From assembly GCA_036005125.1 (NCBI GenBank), contig DASYQV010000170.1, positions 2,407 to 66,406 of the forward strand: a stretch of 64,000 nt of DNA, given 5' to 3'. Position numbers and translations under genes: made by a program. The stretch's first letter is position 1; each line of letters starts with the position of its first letter. Of the stretch, positions 55,171 through 63,180 are shown in pieces. The notes under the pieces were generated by a model that saw nothing but the letters and a program-made list of their open reading frames with translations, had not been told where the DNA came from and made no database searches. The DNA is from Vicinamibacterales bacterium (GTDB lineage Bacteria > Acidobacteriota > Vicinamibacteria > Vicinamibacterales > UBA2999).

Positions 55171-55210
55171 GGGCCGGCTCTCTCAGAGGGCCGGCCCTCG
55201 TGCGTTTTCA
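55170..55210 (+). terminator. Probable groESL terminator hairpin
   Basis: AGGGCCGGC(TCTCTCAGAGG)GCCGGCCCT has a 9-bp GC stem extendable by CTCT/AGAG, followed by CGTGCGTTTTC. Confidence 0.65.
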
Positions 55211-55571
55211 AGGCTGCAATTCGATTACGAGCCTGAGGTCGGCCCGGGAGCAGCCGCGCGCCGCACCGTGCAACGAACGGACACCATGGCAGGGCATGGC
55301 GCTTGCCCTTGGTGGCCCCGTGCCCCGGTTCGCCACCCCATTCGTCAAAGTGTTTGTCGTCCTGATCCCGCTGACGGTCGGTGCCGGGCGCATGCGGGCG
55401 CACGACTTTCCCACGAGTCCATCCGAGCTCAATCGCTGCCTCGCCGCTATCCGCGCCGTGTGCGCGCGCCGCATCCGGTCGCCACATCACTGCGACGAGC
55501 AGCCGGTGTCAGCCGCCGGCACCCAGCCGCTGCAGCCCCAGCGCATTCAGTTCCAATTGAATCTCAGCTAA

Positions 55572-55801
55572 GTACGTAGGCCGCATCTTTAGATGCGGCC
55601 CAGCGAATGTGCCCGGGTCTAGCCAGCCAAGGGGCTCTGCCCTTGATATCCCAGCAGAGCCGGGGTCCCCACCGCGCACGCTTGCGCGGTGGGGTGGAGA
55701 GCCCTCGCCTGGTTAGACCCAGTGTCTTTTTGGCGCGCTCCGCGCGCCTCGCCCGTCATGCGGTCGCACAACGAGTACAAAATTCGCGTGTGTGGCCCAC
55801 G
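55572..55801. repeat. Modular MITE-like composite element, copy 5 (inverted orientation; hairpin-family head, C with short D-like insert, B, degenerate A)
   Basis: GTACGTAGGCCGCATCTTTAGATGCGGCC head. CCAGCCAAGGGGCTCTGCC...CAGAGCC[GGGGTCCCCACCGCGCACGCTTGCGCGGTGGGGTGGAGAG]CCCTCGCCTGG. GGCGCGCTCCGCGCGCC. CCCGTCATGCGGTC. The reverse complement aligns with copy 3. Confidence 0.85.
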
Positions 55802-55835
55802 GGACCGGGGTTCGAATCCCCGTACCGGTACCATC
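55802..55835 (+). pseudogene. tRNA 3' fragment (variable region, T arm, acceptor 3' strand, CCA); no 5' half found
   Basis: GGGAC-CGGGG-TTCGAAT-CCCCG-TACCGGT-A-CCA. The complementary acceptor strand ACCGGTA (or a G.U variant in tRNA context) is absent within 100 nt upstream, where the repeat element lies. A terminator follows. Confidence 0.6.
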
Positions 55836-55889
55836 CTTATAGATTCTCGTGGTGGGAAAGCCCCGCGGAAACGCGGGGCTTTTTTCTTT
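55829..55889 (+). repeat. 61-bp direct repeat, copy 1 (includes terminator hairpin 55857-55886)
   Basis: TACCATCCTTATAGATTCTCGTGGTGGGAAAGCCCCGCGGAAACGCGGGGCTTTTTT. About 57/60 identical to 59401-59461. GCCCCGCG-GAAA-CGCGGGGC stem plus T6. Confidence 0.9.
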
Positions 55890-56147
55890 CGCGCCGAGAT
55901 CGGCTGCTTCAGCCCAGCTGTTGCCAAGACCGTGAGGGGATTCTTTACTCCAGCGGCGGTGCAGATCCGTTACCTTGGTCATTTCTCCAGCACGTCAGCT
56001 CTTTCGAGAGCCAGGTCGACATCACTGTTCGACGTCTTCTGCCGCGCGATACGATCCTTTGCTGGGCCAGCCCATCAGTTTCGCGAATCGGCTGGGCCTG
56101 CCTCTCGGGGAAACACACGCACGTTGATCCCCGGGGGATACACTATT

Positions 56148-56204
56148 GATGTCCGTGTTCGTGATGTCCGTGTTCGATGTTCCAGGGCTGGCCCTGGAAC
56201 ATCG
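56148..56204 (+). promoter_or_regulatory. 15-bp direct repeat x2 overlapping a perfect 13-bp inverted repeat upstream of the CheB-CheR-PAS gene
   Basis: GATGTCCGTGTTCGT / GATGTCCGTGTTCGA (56148-56177). CGATGTTCCAGGG-CTGG-CCCTGGAACATCG (56175-56204), 86 nt before the ATG. Confidence 0.5.
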
Positions 56205-56289
56205 TGAATGCACCGGGACGACTGTTTTGCGGCACATCGAGTCGCCCCCGTGTGATCTTTGAACTCAACCAACGAGCCCCGCACTCTCG

Positions 56290-59200
56290 ATGCAGGCTGC
56301 ACCAGACAACCGCGCAACGCGCAAGCAAGTCTCCAGGAAGCATTCGCGCCCGCGCAAAGAACGGGTGCGATCGCCGGAGCACAAGCAGCCGCCACCGCGC
56401 ACCGAGCGCCGCGCGGACACTCACCCTGACCCGTCCGCCCCGGAGGTGGCTCCGCAGCGGGAACGAGATTTCGGTATTGTTGGCGTGGGAGCCTCGGCCG
56501 GCGGTCTCGAGGCGTTTCAAGAACTGCTGTCGCACCTTCCGAACGATCTCCCGCTGGCGTTCGTCCTCATTCCTCATCTCGATCCGCACCACGCGAGCGG
56601 GCTCGTCGAGATCCTGGGCCGGGTGAGTCCACTCAAAGTGGTGGAGGCGGCCGACGGCATGGCGGCGCAGGTCGGACAGGTGGCGGTCATCCCGCCAAAT
56701 ACCACCCTCACGATCATTGATGGCGTCCTGCGCGTCACGCAACGACAGTCAGTTCATCGCCAGTCCCGGCCGATCGATCTCTTTCTGCGCTCCTTGGCCG
56801 AGGATGCTGGCAGCCGGGCGATCGGGGTGGTGTTGTCGGGCGGCCTGTCGGACGGGGCCCTCGGCGTGGCGGCGATCAAGGCGGCCGGAGGCGTGACCTT
56901 CGCCCAAGACCCGGACTCCGCCAAACACGACAGTATGCCGCGCAGCGCTATCTCCTCCGGCGCTATCGACTTCGTCCTGCCGCCCGCAGGGATCGCGCGA
57001 GAGCTGGCGCGAATCGGCGTCCATCCATACGTCGGTCGGCAACGCGGCGATCGCCAGCGCACGGAGGCGCCCGACGAGGAACGGGCGCTACAGGGCATCG
57101 TTCGGATGCTGCGCGGTGACGGCGGCATCGACTTCGCCCAGTACCGACAAACGACGTTTCGGCGGCGCATCGCGCGCCGGATGCTCATCCACCGCCTCGC
57201 CACGCTCGATGCGTACCAACGTCAGCTCAAGAAGAATCCGGCCGAGTTGCGGGCGCTCAGCCAGGACCTGCTCATCGACGTCACCCGTTTCTTCCGTGAC
57301 CCCGGGGCTTTTGAGGCGTTGCAGCGAGACGTCTTGCCGAGCCTGGTCAAGCGAGCGGTGGACGCGGATCAGCCGATCCGCTGTTGGGCGCCGGGCTGCG
57401 CCACCGGCGAGGAGACGTACTCCCTCGCGATCGCGCTCTTGGAAGTGCGGGGCGAGACACGCACGCAAGCGCCGATTTACCTCTTCGGCAGCGACGCCAG
57501 CGAGACTGCGATCCAGCGGGCGCGCCGCGGCGTGTATCCGAAAAATATCGAGGCCGACGTCTCGGAAGAACGGCTCCGGCGCTTCTTCGTCAGGACGGAT
57601 GATCAGTATCAAGTGCGGAAGAGCGTGCGTGATCTGTGTGTGTTCGCCCGGCACGACGTGCTGGCGGACCCGCCGTTCTCCAACGTAGACCTGGTCGCGT
57701 GCCGAAACCTCCTCATCTATCTCGAGCCCCCGGCTCAGAAACGCGTGATGCGAACGTTCCACTACGCGCTCAAGAATGAGGGGATTCTGCTGCTTGGCGG
57801 CTCGGAGACCGTGGGGGCGTTTGCCGATCTCTTCGGGGTCGTCGACAAGAAGCACAGGATCTACGCGAAGAAGGCGACGTCGGTGCGGCTCGAGCTGGGC
57901 GCCGTGGCTGGGCCCCGCGGCGCCGAACCGCTGCAGCCGACAGCCCCGGAGTCGCAACGGCCGGACGCGGGCCGGGGGGCCAGTGACGCCGTGTATCTCC
58001 AGCGGGAAGTCGATCGCATTCTCCTGGGCCGCTACGCGCCCGCCGCGGTGTTAGTGAATGAGGCCATGGAGGTGTTGCAGTTTCGCGGTCACACGAGTCC
58101 CTTTCTCGAGCCGGCGCCCGGGCATGCCACTTTCAATGTCCTGCGCATGGCGCGAGAAGGGCTGCTGATGCCCTTGCGTACGACGATCGCTGCCGTCCGG
58201 AAAGGAAAGACCGTTGTTCGGCACGACGGGCTGCGCGTCAAGCAGAATGGAACATTTCTCCCGGTCAACCTCGAGGTCCGTCCAGTCCGCAATGCGTCTG
58301 GTGGGCGTAACTACCTCGTTCTCTTCGAGGAGGCACACCGTCACGCGCGCGAGGGGCCGAAACAGGCTGGGCGATCCAAGCCGCCGAACGTGCGGGCGTC
58401 AGCGGCGGAGAACGAAACCCTCCGACACGAGCTCGCCTCGACAAAGGAATTCCTGCAGTCGCTCGTGGAAGAGCGGGAGGCGGCCAACGAGGAGCTCCGC
58501 TCGGCGAACGAAGAGATCCTCTCCAGCAACGAAGAGCTGCAGTCCACGAACGAGGAGCTGCAGACCGCGAAGGAGGAGCTCCAATCGACCAACGAGGAGC
58601 TCAACACCGTCAACGAAGAGCTGCAGCACCGCAACACGGAGCTGACCCAGCTCAACGACGACCTGACGAATGTGCTGGCGAGCGTCAGTCTCCCGATGGT
58701 CATCGCGGATAGTGCCGGCGCGGTTCGACGGTTCACTGCCCGCGCTGGGACGCTGTTCAACCTCACGGCCGCCGACGTCGGCCGGCCGCTCCGAACCGTC
58801 CGCCCGAACCTCGGCGACATCAGCGACCTACACGAGCTGTGCATGAAGGTGATCGACACCGCGATACCCACCGGTCGGGAGGCACAGGATCGCGACGGCA
58901 ACTGGTGGAATGTGACCGTACGGCCGTACAAGACCACCGAGAATCAGATCGTCGGCGCCGTGATCGTTTTGACGGATGTCACGATCCTGAAGGGAAAACT
59001 CGACGACATCACCATTGCCCGCGATTACGCCGAAGGCATCGTCGACACCGTTCGCAGCCCGCTGGTGGTGCTCAATGCAGACTTGTCCGTCATGTCGGCC
59101 AACCCCGCCTTCTACAAGGCCTTCAAGGTCGATCGGGAGGAGATCGTCGGGGCGTTTATCTATGACTTGGGGAACCGGCAGTGGAACATCCCTGCTCTGC

Positions 59201-59397
59201 GGCAGGCGCTCACTGCGGTCGGCGAGCAGGATGCGACGTTGACAGACTTTGAGGTGACGCACGAATTCAGAACGCTCGGCCGTCGGACAGTGGCCCTCAA
59301 CGCACGACAGATTCATTGGAAGGACCAACCGACCGGGACTATCCTTCTCAGTTTTGAAGACATCACCGAACGCCGAGAGTCCGAGCCACATGCGTGA
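56290..59397 (+). CDS. CheB methylesterase - CheR methyltransferase fusion protein with coiled coil and two PAS domains, no kinase/output domain
   Basis: CheB: IVGVGASAGGLEAFQELL...IPHLDPHH. CheR: FRDPGAFEAL...RCWAPGCATGEETYSLAI...VACRNLLIYL. Heptad coiled coil NEELRSANEEILSSNEELQSTNEELQTAKEELQSTNEELNTVNEELQ. Then PAS-like repeats to the stop. Confidence 0.85.
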   Translation: MQAAPDNRATRKQVSRKHSRPRKERVRSPEHKQPPPRTERRADTHPDPSAPEVAPQRERDFGIVGVGASAGGLEAFQELLSHLPNDLPLAFVLIPHLDPHHASGLVEILGRVSPLKVVEAADGMAAQVGQVAVIPPNTTLTIIDGVLRVTQRQSVHRQSRPIDLFLRSLAEDAGSRAIGVVLSGGLSDGALGVAAIKAAGGVTFAQDPDSAKHDSMPRSAISSGAIDFVLPPAGIARELARIGVHPYVGRQRGDRQRTEAPDEERALQGIVRMLRGDGGIDFAQYRQTTFRRRIARRMLIHRLATLDAYQRQLKKNPAELRALSQDLLIDVTRFFRDPGAFEALQRDVLPSLVKRAVDADQPIRCWAPGCATGEETYSLAIALLEVRGETRTQAPIYLFGSDASETAIQRARRGVYPKNIEADVSEERLRRFFVRTDDQYQVRKSVRDLCVFARHDVLADPPFSNVDLVACRNLLIYLEPPAQKRVMRTFHYALKNEGILLLGGSETVGAFADLFGVVDKKHRIYAKKATSVRLELGAVAGPRGAEPLQPTAPESQRPDAGRGASDAVYLQREVDRILLGRYAPAAVLVNEAMEVLQFRGHTSPFLEPAPGHATFNVLRMAREGLLMPLRTTIAAVRKGKTVVRHDGLRVKQNGTFLPVNLEVRPVRNASGGRNYLVLFEEAHRHAREGPKQAGRSKPPNVRASAAENETLRHELASTKEFLQSLVEEREAANEELRSANEEILSSNEELQSTNEELQTAKEELQSTNEELNTVNEELQHRNTELTQLNDDLTNVLASVSLPMVIADSAGAVRRFTARAGTLFNLTAADVGRPLRTVRPNLGDISDLHELCMKVIDTAIPTGREAQDRDGNWWNVTVRPYKTTENQIVGAVIVLTDVTILKGKLDDITIARDYAEGIVDTVRSPLVVLNADLSVMSANPAFYKAFKVDREEIVGAFIYDLGNRQWNIPALRQALTAVGEQDATLTDFEVTHEFRTLGRRTVALNARQIHWKDQPTGTILLSFEDITERRESEPHA

Positions 59398-59400
59398 AAT

Positions 59401-59461
59401 ACCATCCTTATAGATTCGCGTGGTTGGAAAGCCCCGCGGAAACGCGGAGCTTTTTTTTCTC
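59401..59461 (+). repeat. 61-bp direct repeat, copy 2 (includes terminator hairpin 59429-59459)
   Basis: TACCATCCTTATAGATTCGCGTGGTTGGAAAGCCCCGCGGAAACGCGGAGCTTTTTTTT starts 4 nt after the CheB-CheR stop codon. Confidence 0.9.
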
Positions 59462-59636
59462 GACGGCCCGGCGGTGTACGGAAGCCGCCAGGCGCACTGG
59501 GTGGGCTGCGGCGGGGCGAACGCATCCGAACCGGTTAAGTCGGGCCCAATCACGAGACAATGACTGGGTTCGCCTGAGGTAGGATCGCGTGACCGGTCAC
59601 CGGACGGTTCCGCGTATACTGCGAGAGGATCAGCTG

Positions 59637-59861
59637 ATGTCTCCGTCGCTCTCTGAGCTTCTGAAACTTCCGGCGGGCGAACGGGCCGAGCTCGCGATGG
59701 CGTTGTGGGAGAGCCTCTCAGAGGTCGAACGCGACGCCGAGCTCGAATTGACGCCTGAGGAGGCCGCTGAACTGGACCGCCGCTGGGCGGCGCACCTCGA
59801 GCGACCTGAATCCGCCATCCCCTGGAACAACCTCCGTCGAAAGCTGCTCGACCGGGAGTGA
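59637..59861 (+). CDS. Putative addiction-module antitoxin (TIGR02574-like component)
   Basis: MSPSLSELLKLPAGERAELAMALWESL...LTPEEAAELDRRWAAH. GAGAGGA Shine-Dalgarno 7 nt upstream. The stop overlaps the toxin GTG (GTGA). Confidence 0.75.
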   Translation: MSPSLSELLKLPAGERAELAMALWESLSEVERDAELELTPEEAAELDRRWAAHLERPESAIPWNNLRRKLLDRE

Positions 59862-60151
59862 ACCGACGGATCCTTTTTCGGCCCGAGGCCGAAGCGGAAA
59901 CGTTGGAAACGCGGGACTGGTATGAAAGCCGGCGGCCTGGGCTCGGCGCCGAATTCCGCGTAGCGCTCGAGGAAACACTCCAACGTGTCGGCGACAACCC
60001 GATGCTATTTCGAATCGTGCGAGGAGAAACTCGGCGCGCGATCCTGAACCGGTTTCCCTACGCGGTGTACTTCCGCGTGGTTGAGAACGAAATCGTCATC
60101 CTGGCCGTGCATGGGCGGCAGCATCCGCGACGATGGCAGTTGCGTGCGTGA
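59858..60151 (+). CDS. Type II toxin, RelE/ParE superfamily
   Basis: 97 aa. ILFRPEAEAETLETRDWY..........F........RV..NP..F......TRRAIL.RFPYAVYFRVVENEIVILAVHGRQHPRRW. Confidence 0.8.
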   Translation: MNRRILFRPEAEAETLETRDWYESRRPGLGAEFRVALEETLQRVGDNPMLFRIVRGETRRAILNRFPYAVYFRVVENEIVILAVHGRQHPRRWQLRA

Positions 60152-60198
60152 TTTCACGTTGTCTCGGCGAGGTCTCAGGACTCGAGCGCTCGATATGA

Positions 60199-61707
60199 TC
60201 ACGGTAACCGCGGCCGCTCCAGCGGCATCATCGTCCGGGAGATCCCAGATGCCGCAAATCTCCGGTTTGCTCCCGCGGTCCGCGGGACAGCGCGGCCGGC
60301 CGCCGAGGTGCCCCGCCGGCGCGCCGGCGCGAACACCGCGAGATCGGCTGCGCCGGCCATGGCCTTGTAGCCGGCATCGCTGCCATGCAGCCAGTCACCG
60401 GGATGAAATTCGGGCCGGAACTTCGAGGGATCGTTCGCGTCGCGCACGACGGCCTCGAAGTCGATGACGCCGTCGTACTCGGCGCCGGTGCGGATCCAGT
60501 CGTTCAACGCGCGGCGCTTCGCCTCGCCGGCGTCCGTCCAGTAGAACGCGCCCTTGAACGGCGTCAGCGTCCCTCCGTAGATCTTGAGCCCGCGCGCGTG
60601 CGCCCGCTGGATCAGCGCGCGATGGCCGGCGATCAGGTCTTTGACCGTCGGTGACGCGGCGTCGAAGGCCATTCCGATGTCGTTGATCGTCTCCAGCACG
60701 ATCACGTGGGTCACGCCAGGCTGCAACAGCACATCCTCGTCGAAACGCGACAGCCCGCTCGGCCCGAACAGGGCGTTCGGATCCTGGAGCGCATCCGACG
60801 CCGGCACGTTGAGGCCGGCACGCCGCAGGACATCCAGCCCCGCATTGTGGCTCAGCACCCGATTGCCGGCGATGCCGACATTGAGCACGGCGGGAGCCGA
60901 CGCGCCGTACGCGGCCACCAGCCGCCGCGCGAGAAAATCCGGCCAACGACTGTTCGTGTCGGGTGTCGAGCCGGTCCCGTCAGTGATCGAGTCGCCGATC
61001 GTCACGACCGCGCCGGGCGCCGCTCCGCTGAGGACGTCGACGCGAGCCAGATAGAACCATTGCTGGAACGTCGACCCGACTGGCATCCGGGCCGCGCCGC
61101 TGTGGTTGCCCGGCGGCGACAGATAGTTGGTCGTCAACGCCGATGGGTGATAGGTGGCCGGCGACGTCGCGTTCGACAGGTCGTCAGGCAAGTAGATATC
61201 GATCGCCAGATCGCTGAGCGCCGGTACGGCGAGGACAACCGGATCGCTGACCACCATGGATCGTGCCTCGACCGTGACCGATGGCTGCCCTCGAAACGTC
61301 AGGCGCGCGCTCAATCGCTCGACGATGGCGGATCCTTTCTCTCGGATGGCGACGTGAGCGCCGCCGATCCGCAGCGGTGTCGTGCCGAACCGGTTCGTCA
61401 GCGCCACCCGCACCTGCGAGCCGCCGATGCTGGTCCGCACGATCTGCCGCAGCGTCTGGTTGGCGATGCGCGGCGGATTCCCGAATGGCGATGCCTCGGG
61501 CGGATTCCCCGCTGGCGCTGCCGACGGAGGCAGCGCAACAGGACCGCTGGCCCAGGTCCCCACCCATTGGTTTCCTCTGCTCCCTTGTGCCTGTGCGGTG
61601 ACCGGCACGATCGGCGCGAGCAGGGCCACGGCCAGAGCGGTCGCGATGATGACATGACGATACCGGGACGGCTGGCGGCGTGTGTCACACCTCATGCTGG
61701 TTACCAT
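60199..61707 (-). CDS. Secreted SGNH/GDSL-family hydrolase with N-terminal beta-rich domain
   Basis: Signal peptide IIATALAVALLAPIVPVTAQA. Block I VVTIGDSITDG, block III GIAGN, block V DWLHGSDAGY. Start at 61707 or 61695. Confidence 0.75.
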   Translation of the reverse strand: MVTSMRCDTRRQPSRYRHVIIATALAVALLAPIVPVTAQAQGSRGNQWVGTWASGPVALPPSAAPAGNPPEASPFGNPPRIANQTLRQIVRTSIGGSQVRVALTNRFGTTPLRIGGAHVAIREKGSAIVERLSARLTFRGQPSVTVEARSMVVSDPVVLAVPALSDLAIDIYLPDDLSNATSPATYHPSALTTNYLSPPGNHSGAARMPVGSTFQQWFYLARVDVLSGAAPGAVVTIGDSITDGTGSTPDTNSRWPDFLARRLVAAYGASAPAVLNVGIAGNRVLSHNAGLDVLRRAGLNVPASDALQDPNALFGPSGLSRFDEDVLLQPGVTHVIVLETINDIGMAFDAASPTVKDLIAGHRALIQRAHARGLKIYGGTLTPFKGAFYWTDAGEAKRRALNDWIRTGAEYDGVIDFEAVVRDANDPSKFRPEFHPGDWLHGSDAGYKAMAGAADLAVFAPARRRGTSAAGRAVPRTAGANRRFAASGISRTMMPLERPRLP

Positions 61708-61876
61708 CCTCTGAACTTGACGAAGCAAGTCTGGATACTTGGAACAGGCAGGAAGCCCAGGCATCGACCTCAACCGCCGAGTGTGGGCGACATCCTACAC
61801 CGTCGCGCCCGCTGGAGCCGGGATTCTTGTCATACGGATTTGAGATCTTGGCGGGCGGCCAATTTCTTGGATCGGC

Positions 61877-62062
61877 ATGATGAGCGTCGTCGTGACCACG
61901 CCGTTCCGGTTCTGCACGATTGTGACGGGTCTGAGTCTTGCCGCCCTGTGCACGTGGCTGGTTGCGCCGATGCCGGCGCAGGGGGGAGCGTCCGGCGACT
62001 GGCCGCACGACCACGAGGTCCGCAACTCCCGTTTCTCGCCGCTCGACCAGCGTTCGGCCTGA
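61877..62062 (+). pseudogene. Possible remnant of a PQQ-dependent dehydrogenase N-terminus (61 codons)
   Basis: A signal-peptide-like segment followed by GDWPHDHEVRNSRFSPLDQ. This resembles the W-x-x-x-G-x-x-x-x-x-x-R-[YF]-SPL-x-QI entry motif of quinoprotein dehydrogenases. The ORF then stops, with no beta-propeller sequence downstream. Confidence 0.35.
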
Positions 62063-62154
62063 AGTAGTCACGGCCGGTGTCGTGGGGTCGCCAGGCGCTA
62101 TAATGCGGACCCTCGCGTACACCATTCGAGCTGCCCGAAGTAAGGGAGGCCGAC

Positions 62155-63162
62155 ATGAATCGTCTGCTGGCCGTGCCGCTGGCCATCGCGCTGAGCTCAA
62201 TTGCGCTCGGGGGACTCGTGGTCCGTGCCCAGGAGTCCGGGGCGCGGACCTGGCACGTGCCGATTACGCCGTGGGGGCATCCGGACCTGCAAGGCGTCTG
62301 GACGACCGACGCGGAAATAGGGATCCCCGTCGAACGGCCGGTGCAGTATGGCGAGAAGGCGCTGCTCACGGATCAGGAATTTCAGGAGAAGCTGAAGGGG
62401 CCAGCCGGGGGAAGCAGACGGCAGGCGACCGCTAACGAGAGCGTCAGTCCTGATTTGGAGCAGTGGTACGGGAAAACGGGGAACGCGTCGCGCAGAACCT
62501 CGCTGGTTGTGGATCCGCCCAATGGTCGTATTCCCGAATACACGGCCGAGGCAAAGCAGCGCGTGGTTCCGAAGGGAACGGTGCTCGGCTTCGTGGGCGG
62601 CAGCTTCACCGATGGTCCCTTCGACGGCCCCGAAGACCTGAATCTCTTCGACCGGTGCATCACGCGCGGCCTGCCCACGACCTGGTATCCCAGCCAGTAC
62701 AGCAACGGGTTCCAGATCGTCCAGGCCAGGGAGTATGTCGCGCTCCTCTACGAGCGCCTGCACGAAGCCAGGATTATCCCGCTCGACGGACGTCCACATC
62801 CTGATCCGTCAGCATCGGGTCGTTTGTTGGGCGATTCGCGAGGGCGGTGGGAAGGCACGACGCTCGTCGTGGACGTCGCGAACTTCAGCGACCAGACGAC
62901 GTTCATGAAATCGGGCCGTACCCTTCACTTGATCGAGCGCTACACGCGCGTCGATCCTGACACGTTGACCGTTTCGGTCACCGTCGATGACCCGACGACG
63001 TGGGTAAGGCCCTGGACGTTCATGGTCACCGGGAAGAGAGATGCGGACTACTGGCAGATCTTCGAAGGCGCGTGCCATGAGGGCAACTACGCGATGCAGC
63101 ACATCCTGAGTGCAGCCCGAGCCAAAGAAGCTGAAGCCACTGCTGCAAAGAAGAAAGATTGA
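62155..63162 (+). CDS. Hypothetical exported protein
   Basis: Signal peptide MNRLLAVPLAIALSSIALGGLVVRAQE. 335-aa ORF with coding-like composition. No family recognised. Confidence 0.6.
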   Translation: MNRLLAVPLAIALSSIALGGLVVRAQESGARTWHVPITPWGHPDLQGVWTTDAEIGIPVERPVQYGEKALLTDQEFQEKLKGPAGGSRRQATANESVSPDLEQWYGKTGNASRRTSLVVDPPNGRIPEYTAEAKQRVVPKGTVLGFVGGSFTDGPFDGPEDLNLFDRCITRGLPTTWYPSQYSNGFQIVQAREYVALLYERLHEARIIPLDGRPHPDPSASGRLLGDSRGRWEGTTLVVDVANFSDQTTFMKSGRTLHLIERYTRVDPDTLTVSVTVDDPTTWVRPWTFMVTGKRDADYWQIFEGACHEGNYAMQHILSAARAKEAEATAAKKKD

Positions 63163-63180
63163 CGCGGGCACGGCAAGATC

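Noticed and set aside
55200-55571. Candidate ORFs between the groESL terminator and repeat copy 5: 55200-55571(+) with an internal ATG at 55296, 55167-55490(-), and 55268-55579(+).
   Set aside because: No family motifs and no SD were found. By hand count, third-position GC is about 78-80% for the plus frame and about 70% for the minus frame, which is not decisive. The minus ORF runs through the groESL terminator hairpin. The region is left unannotated; a small hypothetical protein on the plus strand cannot be excluded.
55572-55835. A complete tRNA, tmRNA or other tRNA-like ncRNA ending at the CCA at 55835.
   Set aside because: Only the T arm and acceptor 3' strand can be folded. No complementary 5' acceptor strand, D arm or anticodon arm lies in the expected 40-60 nt upstream. 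A GCCGGTG at 55502 could pair, but it is 300 nt away with no tRNA-like arms after it. No tmRNA tag-reading-frame or pseudoknot features were recognisable. The upstream 230 nt align with the dispersed composite repeat, so the call is a fragment, at moderate confidence only.
60152-60198. 12-bp palindrome TCGAGCGCTCGA between the toxin gene and the convergent GDSL hydrolase gene, considered as a bidirectional terminator.
   Set aside because: The stem is short with no loop and no flanking T/A tracts. It is not distinguishable from a chance palindrome in GC-rich DNA.
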